In this document: positions 1 to 13,662 of the stretch, piece by piece | How positions within the stretch are numbered: the stretch's first letter is position 1 | How the letters are laid out: each line of letters begins with the position of its first letter | DNA from: Puniceicoccales bacterium | GTDB lineage: Bacteria; Verrucomicrobiota; Verrucomicrobiia; Opitutales; JAIRLG01 | Direction: 5' to 3' | Assembly: GCA_031288595.1 (NCBI GenBank) | Contig: JAITRB010000005.1 | Span: 1-32,000, forward strand | Length of the DNA: 32,000 nucleotides | The notes under the pieces: model-generated | Databases searched by the model: none | Told to the model about the DNA's origin: nothing | The model's input: only the letters and a program-made list of their open reading frames with translations | Translations under genes and position numbers: made by a program

Positions 1-29
1 GTAGAGTCCCTTTTTGGAGAAGTATAATT

Positions 30-1646
30 ATGAATATGAATTGTGCGCATCTCGGGCGGTTGATATGTTTTTCTTTATTGGCTCTGGTGGTTGCGTGTCG
101 TCCTTTCGGACGCTCAGCGACCGCCTCTTCCAAAGTGCTGCATGTGGGAAATGGCGCTGAACCGTCCTCTCTGGATCCCCATGCGGTGAATGGAGTCCCG
201 GAGGCGACTATTTTACTCTCTCTCTTTGAAGGTTTGCTGGTGCCGGATCCCAAGACAGCGGAACCGTGCCCGGGAGCGGCCTCCAGCTGGTATATCTCGC
301 CGGATGGACTTCGCTATGTCTTTAATTTACGGGAAAATTTGCGCTGGTCCAATGGGGATCCCTTGGTCGCCAAGGACTTCGTCTATACCTTTCGGCGGGC
401 GATTTCTCCCAAAATGGGGAACCCTTGGGTCTCTTTTTATTACAATGTTCGCAATGCCGAAGCTTATGCCACGGGAAAGATAGGTGATTTCAGCGATGTG
501 GGTATTCGAGCGATCGATGATCTGACCCTGGAGATCATCTTAGAAAGACCGGTTGTCTATTTTCTCGAACTCTTGGCCCATGTCGCTTGGTTACCTGTTC
601 ACCGAGACACGATTGAAAAATTCGGTGCGCTGGATGAGCGGGATACTCGCTGGATAAGGCCGGGGAATATGGTCTGTAATGGGCCTTTTATGCTGAAATC
701 CTGGGAAAATGGAAATTATATCCTCGTCGTGAAAAACCCTCATTACTGGGATAAAGATAATGTCGCTCTTGAAAAAATTTACTTTCACGCGGTGTCCGAC
801 TCGGCAACGGAGGAGAGAATGTATGCCGCCGGTGATCTGGACATCAGCAGCGGGCTGCATGTGAGCAAACGTCCCCATTATGCGAAAAAGGGAGAGCTCC
901 ATATAGATCCTTATATGGGATGTGCATGGGTGGCGGTAAATTGTCAACGGCCGCCCTTCAATGATCCGAGGATCAGAAAGGCCCTGGCCCTCGCCATTAA
1001 TCGCGAGGAGGTCAACAAAATCCGCGGTTTTGGTAAGGACATAAATGCCTATGGTGCTGTCCCTCCAGACGTTCATCATTATCGATCGATTAAACAGGGT
1101 TTTCAGGAAGATGTTCAGGAAGCCAGGCGATTGCTGGCCGAGGCGGGATATCCAGGGGGGAAGGGTTTCCCCAAGACGGAGGTCCTTTACAACTTCTCCG
1201 ATCAGCATCATCTTGTCTTTGAGGTTCTGCAGTCCATGTGGGAGCGGAATCTCGGCATTCATGTTGATTTAGTCAGTCAGGAGTGGAAGGTCTACCTTTC
1301 GATGATGGGGCGCGGCGATTTTACTCTCGGCCGTCACTGTTGGGTGGGAGATTATAATGATCCTATGACTATGCTGGAGATTTTTGAAGGTGGCTCTGCT
1401 AATAATTATACAGCTTGGGCATCGACCCAATATGATTATTATCTCCATCAGGCCCGCAATACGGCCAATGAAGAGAAAAGAATAGGCTTTTTACAGGAGG
1501 CCGAGCGCATTTTCGTAAAGGAAATGCCAGCCATACCGCTTTTCTGGATGAATTCTATCCATCTCGTCTCCCCTCGAGTCAAGGGTTGGTATCCGAATGT
1601 GATGGATGTCCATCTCTGGAAAGGCATTTCGAAGTCCAAGGATTGA
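30..1646 (+). CDS. ABC transporter substrate-binding lipoprotein, family 5 (OppA/DppA-like peptide binding)
   Basis: 538-aa ORF. N-terminal signal peptide with lipobox LVVAC. Family-5 SBP sequence blocks (LRWSNGDP, GDYNDP, VKGWYPN). Followed by a hairpin plus T-tract. Confidence 0.85.
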   Translation: MNMNCAHLGRLICFSLLALVVACRPFGRSATASSKVLHVGNGAEPSSLDPHAVNGVPEATILLSLFEGLLVPDPKTAEPCPGAASSWYISPDGLRYVFNLRENLRWSNGDPLVAKDFVYTFRRAISPKMGNPWVSFYYNVRNAEAYATGKIGDFSDVGIRAIDDLTLEIILERPVVYFLELLAHVAWLPVHRDTIEKFGALDERDTRWIRPGNMVCNGPFMLKSWENGNYILVVKNPHYWDKDNVALEKIYFHAVSDSATEERMYAAGDLDISSGLHVSKRPHYAKKGELHIDPYMGCAWVAVNCQRPPFNDPRIRKALALAINREEVNKIRGFGKDINAYGAVPPDVHHYRSIKQGFQEDVQEARRLLAEAGYPGGKGFPKTEVLYNFSDQHHLVFEVLQSMWERNLGIHVDLVSQEWKVYLSMMGRGDFTLGRHCWVGDYNDPMTMLEIFEGGSANNYTAWASTQYDYYLHQARNTANEEKRIGFLQEAERIFVKEMPAIPLFWMNSIHLVSPRVKGWYPNVMDVHLWKGISKSKD

Positions 1647-1684
1647 CCTGAGAGGGATTCCTTTCGCGAAAAATAGCCCTATCA

Positions 1685-1714
1685 TCCCTCTGTGAAGAGG
1701 GACTTTTCTTTTTT
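1685..1714 (+). terminator. Rho-independent terminator downstream of the first SBP gene
   Basis: Stem TCCCTCT (1685-1691) pairs with AGAGGGA (1696-1702), GTGA loop, then the T-rich run CTTTTCTTTTTT to 1714. Lies 39 nt after the stop codon. Confidence 0.6.
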
Positions 1715-1825
1715 ACAACAGCTCTGAAGGCCTCATGGAGGCCGTGATGGAAGAATTATTTTACAATTTCTTCCGAAACGAATTGCTTTTTCACAGAATA
1801 TCCTTCTCCTTCTAAGTTTTATTCT

Positions 1826-3433
1826 ATGAAAGGGAATCTGTTTTGTTGGTCTCTGGCCTTGTCATTGGCTCTGGTAAACGGTTGCCAGCCAAGAAAAAAG
1901 CAGAGCCTGAATGTGCTGAACGTTGGAGGTGGTGCCGACTTATCCGCCTTGGATCCGCAAATAGTTGATGGGAAGATCGAGTCGTATGTTATAGAAGCCC
2001 TCTTCGAGGGTCTGGTGACGCAGGATCCTAAAACTCTGGAAATTCGCCCGGGTATGGCCTCTCATTGGGAATGTTCGGCAGATGGCTTGGAGTATTCCTT
2101 TAGCTTGAGAGAGGGGCTGCGCTGGTCCAACGGAGATCCTTTTACGGCGGAAGATTTTGTGTTTTCACTGAAACGAGCTTTGTCTCCGAATCTTGGATCT
2201 CCATGGACTCCGTTTTTTTTCACAATCCGCAATGCGGAGGCTTATTACAAGGGCCAAGTGAGCGATTTTCGAGAAGTCGGCATGCGGGTGGTGGACGCAC
2301 AGCATTTGAAGATTAGGCTGGAACGCCCCGTTGCCTATTTCCTCGAATTGGTAGCCCATTCCGCCTGGTTTCCGGTCCACAAGAAGACGATTGAGAAATT
2401 CGGATCGATCGAGAAGCGGGATACGCGCTGGACGAGGCCGGAGAATATGGTCTGCAATGGCCCGTTTGTGTTGAGTAGCTGGGAGAGTGGCCGCTTCTCT
2501 TCGGTGAAGAAAAATCCTTATTATTGGGATAAAGAGTCCGTTGCCCTCGATGAAATCCGCTTCCATCCCGTTTCCGATACGGCGACGGAGGAGCGGATGT
2601 ACGCTGCTGGCGAACTGGATATCACCTACCGCGTCCATGTGAGCAAAATCTCTCACTATAAGGAGACCGGAGAACTGCATTTGACTCCTCAACTGGGGTG
2701 CTTGTGGGTGGGATTTCATTGCGAACGGCCTCCGGGGAACGATGTAAAAGTGCGCCGAGCCTTGGGCCTGGCCATCAATCGAGAAGAGATCGGCAGAATC
2801 CGCGGATTTGGAAAGGGTCTGGAATCCTTCGGTGTCGTTCCTCCTGGAATGAACCATTACGAACAACAGGCACAGCTCTTCCAGGAAGACATTGCGGAGG
2901 CCAGAAGGCTTTTGGCCGAAGCGGGTTATCCGAACGGGAAAGGATTTCCGAAGGTAGAGCTGCTCTACTATGCCTCCGATGAAAATCGCCAGATATTCGA
3001 AGCGGTGCAGGCCATGTGGAAGCGGAATCTAGGCATTCAGGTCGATTTGGTGGCTCAGGAGTGGAAGGTCTATATTTCTCTCCTACAACAGGGCGATTTT
3101 ACCATTGCCCGCCATCGCTGGTATGGTGATTACAATGATCCGACGACGATGTTGAGCATCTTTAGAAAAGATGATCCCTGTAATTACCTGCGCTGGTCCC
3201 ATCCGGAGTTTGAAGCGGTGATGCTCCGGGCTCAAGAGCTCAAGAATGAGGCGGAGCGAATTAAGTGTCTGCAGGAGGCGGAACGCATTTTTGTGCGCGA
3301 AATGCCAGGGGCTCCCGTCTATTGGGAGGCATCGGCTCACCTGGTTTCCCACCGGGTTAAGGGTTGGTACCCGAATGTCCAGGATACGCATCCCTGGAAA
3401 TACATCTCGAAGTTGCCGGCTGAAGCGAAATAG
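1826..3433 (+). CDS. ABC transporter substrate-binding lipoprotein, family 5 (paralog of 30..1646)
   Basis: 535-aa ORF. Lipobox LVNGC. Colinear with the upstream ORF over its full length, with many identical blocks (LRWSNGDP, ERMYAAG, EARRLLAEAGYP, RVKGWYPNV). Confidence 0.85.
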   Translation: MKGNLFCWSLALSLALVNGCQPRKKQSLNVLNVGGGADLSALDPQIVDGKIESYVIEALFEGLVTQDPKTLEIRPGMASHWECSADGLEYSFSLREGLRWSNGDPFTAEDFVFSLKRALSPNLGSPWTPFFFTIRNAEAYYKGQVSDFREVGMRVVDAQHLKIRLERPVAYFLELVAHSAWFPVHKKTIEKFGSIEKRDTRWTRPENMVCNGPFVLSSWESGRFSSVKKNPYYWDKESVALDEIRFHPVSDTATEERMYAAGELDITYRVHVSKISHYKETGELHLTPQLGCLWVGFHCERPPGNDVKVRRALGLAINREEIGRIRGFGKGLESFGVVPPGMNHYEQQAQLFQEDIAEARRLLAEAGYPNGKGFPKVELLYYASDENRQIFEAVQAMWKRNLGIQVDLVAQEWKVYISLLQQGDFTIARHRWYGDYNDPTTMLSIFRKDDPCNYLRWSHPEFEAVMLRAQELKNEAERIKCLQEAERIFVREMPGAPVYWEASAHLVSHRVKGWYPNVQDTHPWKYISKLPAEAK

Positions 3434-3494
3434 CGGGTATAGATTTACTTCGCTGGTAAAGCAAAACTTCCTCTCATAAGGTAGCTTAATAAGC

Positions 3495-3522
3495 TTGAGT
3501 TTCGTTTCTTTTCCCATAAAAT
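3495..3522 (+). promoter_or_regulatory. Possible sigma70-type promoter for the chaperone-sctC pair
   Basis: TTGAGT (3495-3500), 16-nt spacer, TAAAAT (3517-3522) in an AT-rich tract. It would give a nearly leaderless transcript relative to the ATG at 3532 or 3538. Pattern match only. Confidence 0.25.
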
Positions 3523-3531
3523 ACTATTTTA

Positions 3532-3957
3532 ATGGGAATGGGAGGAGAGGAAGCTCTGGCCGTTCTTGGAGAGGTATTCCAGGCGGATTTTACTTCGCTG
3601 CAGGCAGGGGAGCCTGTGGCGGTCGTCCATGGGAATGTGGATTTTAGCTTTGCTAGACCGGAGGAGAATATCTTTCTCTTTTTGGGATATATCGACCTTC
3701 CGGGTCTGGCAGATCTATGGTTGCAAAAGGCATTGCAGCTGAATCTGGCCTACAGGGCGGAGCACGAGGAATCGCTTTCCTGGGATGAGGAGAAGCACAA
3801 GTTATGCCTTTCGCTGCGCCTGCTGTTGCATGAAAGCACGGAGGATACATTCTATAGGCATTTGGAATCCTTCATCGCCCAGCTGGGATTCTGGGCAAAG
3901 ATGGCCTCGTCGCCGCCGATGGCTGGGCTGCCGAGTTTGTTTTCAGATCGCTCTTGA
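3532..3957 (+). CDS. Type III secretion class-I chaperone, CesT/YscB-like
   Basis: 141-aa acidic protein. Matches the CesT-family pattern (N-terminal helix, hydrophobic beta core FLFLGYIDLP, central LxLNL motif, C-terminal amphipathic helix). Sits directly upstream of sctC, as yscB/pscB does in Ysc-type systems. Confidence 0.55.
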   Translation: MGMGGEEALAVLGEVFQADFTSLQAGEPVAVVHGNVDFSFARPEENIFLFLGYIDLPGLADLWLQKALQLNLAYRAEHEESLSWDEEKHKLCLSLRLLLHESTEDTFYRHLESFIAQLGFWAKMASSPPMAGLPSLFSDRS

Positions 3958-3977
3958 TAGTACGAGGATGAGAGAGT

Positions 3978-5891
3978 ATGGGGTGTATCAAGCTTGGCAG
4001 ACTTAAGTATCCTGTTTTAGCCCTGTTGGGGATATTTTTCATTTTCCACTGGACTGTTCGGGCAAATGCTGAATCAGATGCGTTTCCTCTTCTGGGTAAG
4101 CGCAGCATTCCTTGGCCGGGGGGAAAGTACCACCATTTTTCCAAGAACCAGGACTTGGCGGAATTGCTGAATGATTTCTGCTCCACGCAGGGGATCAGCG
4201 TCATCGTCAGCCCGACGATCAAGGAAACGGTCAATGGGCGCTTCAACGACATCGCACCGGAACAGTTCTGGCAGGATATGGTCAATGCCTATAGCCTGAT
4301 CTGGTTCTTCGACGGCAGTATTCTCTATGTTTACGAGAATAAGCAAATCCAGACCTATGTCTGGTCGATGACGGTCGACGAGATGAACACGCTCTGCCGC
4401 GTCATCGATGAGCTGGGCATTGCCAGCTCGCATCTCTCGATACGTCCCCTGGAACGGGCGGGTATTTTAGTCATCAGTGGGCCACCTCGGCTCATCGCCG
4501 TCGTTGGAGAGTTGTCCCAGAAGATCGTCATCGAGCGCATCGATGAGGTGAGCGATGTGAAGGTTTTCCCCTTAAAATACGCCTGGGCCTATAATATGTC
4601 GATCACCTCCAAGGATGGGAATATCATGATCCCGGGTGTGGCGACGATGCTCCAGCAGCTCCTGGTCTCCAAGCAACAGGGCGGTGAGGGAACTGCGGTG
4701 CCGGTTTTCAATCTCAGCAGCGCCGATAAGACGAAGGCACAGCCGCACAAGGAACTCATCGAGGGACGGGTATCGGGTATGAAACCATCCTCCTCCGCCA
4801 ATGATAGGACTGCAAGCCATGCGGCGGAAAGCACAGGTGGGCAAAATATTCACGTCGAGGATACCCTGATCAGTTTCGATGCCCGCCTGAATGCCGTAAT
4901 CGTCAAGGGGAAAAAGCAGAACATGCCCTTTTTCGAGCGGGTTATCCAAGAACTGGATGTGCCCTGCAAGGTTATCCGCATCGACGTGGCCATTGTGGAT
5001 ATCGACCAAAAGGCCGCTCAGGAATTCGGAACGGATCTTTTAGAAATTTACGACAGACCCAAAAGGCGTATTTTCTCCTTTTCGCCCAAGGGAAAGTTTC
5101 AAGACGCTGGCAATCTTTCTTCCAATCTAAGGCTTCCGCTCAACAGTATCTTTAGGAAATTTAATGTCGAGACCTACCTGCAGGCTCTCGAGGAAAGCGG
5201 AAATGCCCAGACCTTGGCGAGGCCCTCGGTCCTGACAATCGACAACATCGGAGCGACCATCGACCGTTCGAATACCTTTTACGTAAAAGTTTCCGGAACG
5301 AAAACCGAGGGACTCTATGACGTGAGCGCTTCCACAAAGCTTCGGGTGGTGCCGCACATCATTCCCGGCGAGTTCAATGAGGTCGGCCAAGCCAAGATCA
5401 AGCTCTTCGTCGAAGTGGCCGATGGTTCGGTGAGTCAGAAAACTGATATCAATGCCGGAACGCCGACGACCGACAGCAACATGATCAATACACAGGCGGT
5501 TCTGTATGAGGAACAGAGCCTCGTGATCGGCGGTTATTTCCACGAGATCCACAGCACCGCCGAGGTAGGCCTTCCCATCCTCAGCCATATTCCGGTACTG
5601 GGCCATCTGTTCAAATTTCAGGAGAGAGGCAAGGAGGTTCGAGAACGGATCTACGTCATCACCCCGAGGATCGTGGACATCGACGGCGATCCGGATGCCG
5701 ATACGCGGCGCTTTTTCCAGAAAGGCAATCTGCGCGGGGCGGCAACCCTATCATCGAAGGCCTTTGGTCTGAGCGAAGAGGCGAGCTTGCCGGAAAAGGA
5801 ATGGCTCTTCACACCGAAGGAGAAGAGCGCTGCACCCAGCGCCGACGCAGCACGACGCCCTCCGAAAAGACGGCGGGTGAGGCATGGATGA
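3978..5891 (+). CDS. sctC: Type III secretion system outer-membrane secretin SctC (YscC/InvG/CdsC family)
   Basis: 637-aa ORF with N-terminal signal. The N0-domain signature LIWFFDGSILYVYENKQI resembles the YscC block LIWYFDGQAIYIYD. C-terminal secretin domain (ARPSVLTIDN, LRVVPHI, QSLVIGGY, IPVLGHLF). Basic C-terminal tail. Confidence 0.85.
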   Translation: MGCIKLGRLKYPVLALLGIFFIFHWTVRANAESDAFPLLGKRSIPWPGGKYHHFSKNQDLAELLNDFCSTQGISVIVSPTIKETVNGRFNDIAPEQFWQDMVNAYSLIWFFDGSILYVYENKQIQTYVWSMTVDEMNTLCRVIDELGIASSHLSIRPLERAGILVISGPPRLIAVVGELSQKIVIERIDEVSDVKVFPLKYAWAYNMSITSKDGNIMIPGVATMLQQLLVSKQQGGEGTAVPVFNLSSADKTKAQPHKELIEGRVSGMKPSSSANDRTASHAAESTGGQNIHVEDTLISFDARLNAVIVKGKKQNMPFFERVIQELDVPCKVIRIDVAIVDIDQKAAQEFGTDLLEIYDRPKRRIFSFSPKGKFQDAGNLSSNLRLPLNSIFRKFNVETYLQALEESGNAQTLARPSVLTIDNIGATIDRSNTFYVKVSGTKTEGLYDVSASTKLRVVPHIIPGEFNEVGQAKIKLFVEVADGSVSQKTDINAGTPTTDSNMINTQAVLYEEQSLVIGGYFHEIHSTAEVGLPILSHIPVLGHLFKFQERGKEVRERIYVITPRIVDIDGDPDADTRRFFQKGNLRGAATLSSKAFGLSEEASLPEKEWLFTPKEKSAAPSADAARRPPKRRRVRHG

Positions 5892-6114
5892 GCGCGGTGT
5901 TTCCGTGTCCACATGGGCCTGCTCAGACTTGAAACTCTGCCCTGCAAGTGTAAAGAAACTTAGACCTGTAGCCGAAGAGCCGCTCTTCGAGAAAAGATGC
6001 TAAGCGCGAGAGCCTTTTTCCGGGAAAATGGGTTTCCCTCTTCTTCAGTGCTTTGAAAATACTGCCAGAGTCTGTGCTGGGCCAAACGGCTAAATCAGCG
6101 CAGGTGCACCTGGC

Positions 6115-6750
6115 TCATGCCGAAGGAGGATTGGAAGGAGATTGATCTTTCAGGTTGGCCGAATGGCTGCGGCAGAAACGGCGATAGAGCAGGCTGGACA
6201 TGGCTCCGCAGAGGAGACCGAGGAGGGTTCCTCCGATGGAGGTTGTGATGAACCAGCGAAAGAGTTTTTGTCCCACAAGGCCCACTTTGCTGAAATGTTG
6301 GGTGAGGTCGCCGGCATGGGTGCAGGCCTCCTGAATGATGTTCCAGGTGTCGATGTGGAGGAGGTGCAGGACATACTTCCCGACCTTGTAGTCGATGTAC
6401 CAGAGAAAGGGGACGGTGAAAGGTGTGGATACGAATTGCAGGGCGACGAGGATGACGACGTTGGCCCGAAAGAGGATAGCGGCAACGCAGGCCAGAAAGA
6501 TCTGGCAAGACATGACGGGAAGTAGGGTGAGCACCCAGCCGGCGTAGAGGGCCGGAATTGCATCCTCGCTGCGGAATGACCAGAGATAGGCGCGTTTGCG
6601 AACCGTCGAAGCGAAGTGCTTCAGAATGGGATGCCGGTGCGCAGTCGCCTTGCGCGGGAGATACCTCATCCATTTCTTGATCCGACGAATTCGGCGGTAG
6701 CGCCGGATTCGTCCCTGATCCATCGAGCTTCCTTTATCGGAATCCGTCAT
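6115..6750 (-). CDS. DUF2062 family membrane protein
   Basis: 211 aa. Basic N-terminus (RRYRRIRRIKKWMRYLPRK), then RANVVILVALQFVSTPFTVPFLWYIDYKVG, typical of DUF2062. Multiple TM segments. Confidence 0.6.
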   Translation of the reverse strand: MTDSDKGSSMDQGRIRRYRRIRRIKKWMRYLPRKATAHRHPILKHFASTVRKRAYLWSFRSEDAIPALYAGWVLTLLPVMSCQIFLACVAAILFRANVVILVALQFVSTPFTVPFLWYIDYKVGKYVLHLLHIDTWNIIQEACTHAGDLTQHFSKVGLVGQKLFRWFITTSIGGTLLGLLCGAMSSLLYRRFCRSHSANLKDQSPSNPPSA

Positions 6751-6798
6751 CAGCTAGCAGGGGATTCGGGAAAGAGGAATACCTGTGACCGAACGCCT

Positions 6799-7749
6799 TC
6801 ACTGGCCCTTCGTCGTCGTTTGGATCGAGACGGCCTCGAATTTGCCCTTGAGCTCCGACAGAACCTTTTTGCCCAAGGACTGTAGCATCTTCACCCCGCC
6901 ATGGACATGAGAAATCCCCGGAAGGCCGAGCAGGGAATCGAAAATGGACCGCATGAATAGCGAAATTCCATAGGGCTTGAAATCCGTCAGCAGCGTGTGG
7001 ATGATGGTGTCCAGGGAAGTGATCTGTGTCCACTGATGGCGATAGAAGATCTCGAAGGATTGCTCCTGGACCTTGGAAGACTTGAAATCCTGCCAGCGGA
7101 GCGAGTCCAGGTGGAAGGTCAGCTGCTCGATGCGCCACCTGGCTTCCTCTTTCCCGTTTCGACTCTTCTGTCCAGTGGAGACGTAGGAGAAGCCACTCCT
7201 CTGGTCTTGTCTATTGTCTGGGGTGGCCGCCGATTCCGAGGAATTCGGAGAGGATTTCTTGCCCTTCTCGCGGCTGAGGGCCTCGAAGCACTCGACGAAG
7301 TTGATCGTCCCCTGGGTATTGCGGACGATGCTCAGGTCGTCGATGTCCAGATAAATATTGGAGATGAGGAGCTCTTCGTTATGCCAAAAGCTCTTCCAGA
7401 GCTGGGAGGGACGGATATCCACCTCCAGCATCTCGATGCTCAGGGCATGGTCGGTCGGATAGCGGGCCGCTGGGTTCTTCATGAGAATGTTTTCGAACTC
7501 CAGATGTCCTTTGAAGAGATTGCACCTCGAGGTGTCGATGTGGAGCGAAAAGCCGGTCTTGTTCTCGATGTGCCGCTCCAGGAGAAAAGGGAACCAGGTA
7601 TTGGGGAAGATCAGAGCCACGCTTCCCATGAGGAAGAATCCCAGGAAAATCGCAAAGGCGATCGAGAGGCATTTTTTGAGAAACCACCACAGGAGCTCGA
7701 GCACCTTGAGGAAAGGCCAGAGGATGACGTGAAACAGAGCAGGCATCAA
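6799..7749 (-). CDS. Hypothetical membrane-anchored protein (AsmA/DUF748-like N-terminal region, weak)
   Basis: 316-aa ORF with two N-terminal hydrophobic segments and a soluble remainder. Co-directional with the DUF2062 gene 48 nt downstream. No confident family assignment. Confidence 0.5.
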   Translation of the reverse strand: MMPALFHVILWPFLKVLELLWWFLKKCLSIAFAIFLGFFLMGSVALIFPNTWFPFLLERHIENKTGFSLHIDTSRCNLFKGHLEFENILMKNPAARYPTDHALSIEMLEVDIRPSQLWKSFWHNEELLISNIYLDIDDLSIVRNTQGTINFVECFEALSREKGKKSSPNSSESAATPDNRQDQRSGFSYVSTGQKSRNGKEEARWRIEQLTFHLDSLRWQDFKSSKVQEQSFEIFYRHQWTQITSLDTIIHTLLTDFKPYGISLFMRSIFDSLLGLPGISHVHGGVKMLQSLGKKVLSELKGKFEAVSIQTTTKGQ

Positions 7750-7878
7750 ATTTTGAATTATAAATATCCGCTGCGGAAGTCAATCGAGCAGAAGCGGAAT
7801 CGGTGGAGATTTTACGGCTTGGGAAAAGACTTTGGCAGTTCATCGACCCAGCCGAGTTTTGGTGATGGGGACTCGTCG

Positions 7879-7974
7879 GTGGCTGTCTTTGCCCCCTGAG
7901 AAATTTTTCTGGAAAATTTCTCAGGGGACAGCCTGCTCTGCAGGCGGATTCCTTTGGAATCCAAAGACAGCCAC
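7879..7974 (-). repeat. Four-way-junction intergenic element, copy A (family 1)
   Basis: Closing stem 7879-7891 GTGGCTGTCTTTG pairs with 7962-7974 CAAAGACAGCCAC. Long hairpin 7893-7907/7913-7927 (15 bp). GC hairpin 7931-7936/7940-7945 (GCCTGC/GCAGGC). Hairpin 7947-7952/7956-7961 (GATTCC TTT GGAATC). Reverse orientation relative to copies C-E. Confidence 0.85.
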
Positions 7975-8038
7975 AAAAAAATGCCCTTTCGGAACAATCT
8001 CTAAGCAAGCGACAGTGGGAACCCGTCCTTGGAGGCCT

Positions 8039-8112
8039 TGGTGCGGGCAGACGGAATCGAACCGACGACACCAGCTTGGAAGGCTGAGGTTTTACCGCTA
8101 AACTATGCCCGC
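8039..8112 (-). tRNA. tRNA-Gly (anticodon UCC)
   Basis: The reverse complement GCGGGCATAGTTTAGCGGTAAAACCTCAGCCTTCCAAGCTGGTGTCGTCGGTTCGATTCCGTCTGCCCGCACCA folds as a cloverleaf. 7-bp acceptor, anticodon loop CTTCCAA, TTCGATT T-loop, encoded CCA. One U-U mismatch in the T stem. Confidence 0.85.
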
Positions 8113-8237
8113 GGGGTCCGGGTCGGAGGGAAGGCGTTTTGCCGGGGCGGTCAAGCCTCTTTCCTCAGGAGTAAAGGGGGATAAATAGCCATGAAAAGCC
8201 TCATTTTAAGTTGGCCAAAGCGACAATGTCCCCTTGA

Positions 8238-10766
<2,529 letters not shown>

Positions 10767-10787
10767 GATCCCCCCAAAGATTCAGCT

Positions 10788-13220
<2,433 letters not shown>

Positions 13221-13342
13221 GGTTTAGGCTCCTCGGCTCTTGCCCTTTTGGGATTATCAGAAAATATCCCGTTCTTCCTTGCCGTCGGGGCGTTTTTCCC
13301 TTCCCCTAAAACCAAGGCCTTTCGCGCTATACATCGCGCATT

Positions 13343-13419
13343 GGGCGGCTGGCTCAGTTGGTTAGAGCGGCGGATTTACATTCCGCAGGTCATAGGTTCG
13401 AGTCCTATGCCGCCCACCA
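13343..13419 (+). tRNA. tRNA-Val (anticodon UAC)
   Basis: GGGCGGC TG GCTCAGTTGGTTAGAGC G GCGGA TTTACAT TCCGC AGGTC ATAGG TTCGAGT CCTAT GCCGCCC A CCA. Perfect cloverleaf with encoded CCA. Confidence 0.92.
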
Positions 13420-13500
13420 GAATTTTTAATCTGAATCCATAGGGCTTTGGGGCTTTTTGGGGGAAGTTTTGCTTTGGGGATAAAAGGCGAGGTGTGTCCG

Positions 13501-13599
13501 CTGTGGCTGTCTTTGCAACAGGAAAAAATTTCCCCAGAAATTTTTCCTGTTGTGGCCCGCGCCGCGGGCGATTCCTTTGGAACCCAAAGACAGCCACAG
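13501..13599 (-). repeat. Four-way-junction intergenic element, copy B (family 1)
   Basis: Closing stem 13501-13515 CTGTGGCTGTCTTTG pairs with 13585-13599 CAAAGACAGCCACAG (15 bp). Long hairpin 13516-13531/13538-13552 (one bulged A). GC hairpin 13555-13560/13564-13569 (GCCCGC/GCGGGC). Hairpin 13570-13575/13579-13584 (GATTCC TTT GGAACC; A-C on the plus strand, G-U on the minus strand). Confidence 0.85.
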
Positions 13600-13662
13600 A
13601 ATCATCCCAAGAGCCTCCCAGGCCGAGCTCCAGAGCGAGCATCTTTGGGCTGAATCTAATCC

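Noticed and set aside
3484-3515. AGCTTA/TAAGCT palindrome plus T-rich run after the second SBP gene as a terminator
   Set aside because: The effective stem is only 4-5 bp and AT-rich, so support is too weak. The region is more plausibly promoter DNA for the chaperone-sctC pair.
5974-5990. Hairpin CGAAGAGC-C-GCTCTTCG downstream of sctC as a terminator
   Set aside because: The loop is too small as drawn and no T-tract follows, so this is not enough to call an intrinsic terminator.
6095-6673. Alternative ORFs overlapping the DUF2062 gene (6095..6673 -, 6150..6563 -, 6142..6525 +)
   Set aside because: Only the 6115..6750 frame gives TM segments and the DUF2062-like motif. The others are Pro/Ser/Arg-rich shadow frames.
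7832-8101. Short ORFs sharing peptide strings such as WNPKTAT and LSLDSGGI (also 13494..13700, 20105..20362, 20277..20507, 22565..22843)
   Set aside because: The shared peptides are just translations of the conserved closing stem and hp1 of the repeat element in different frames and strands. This is not a protein family.
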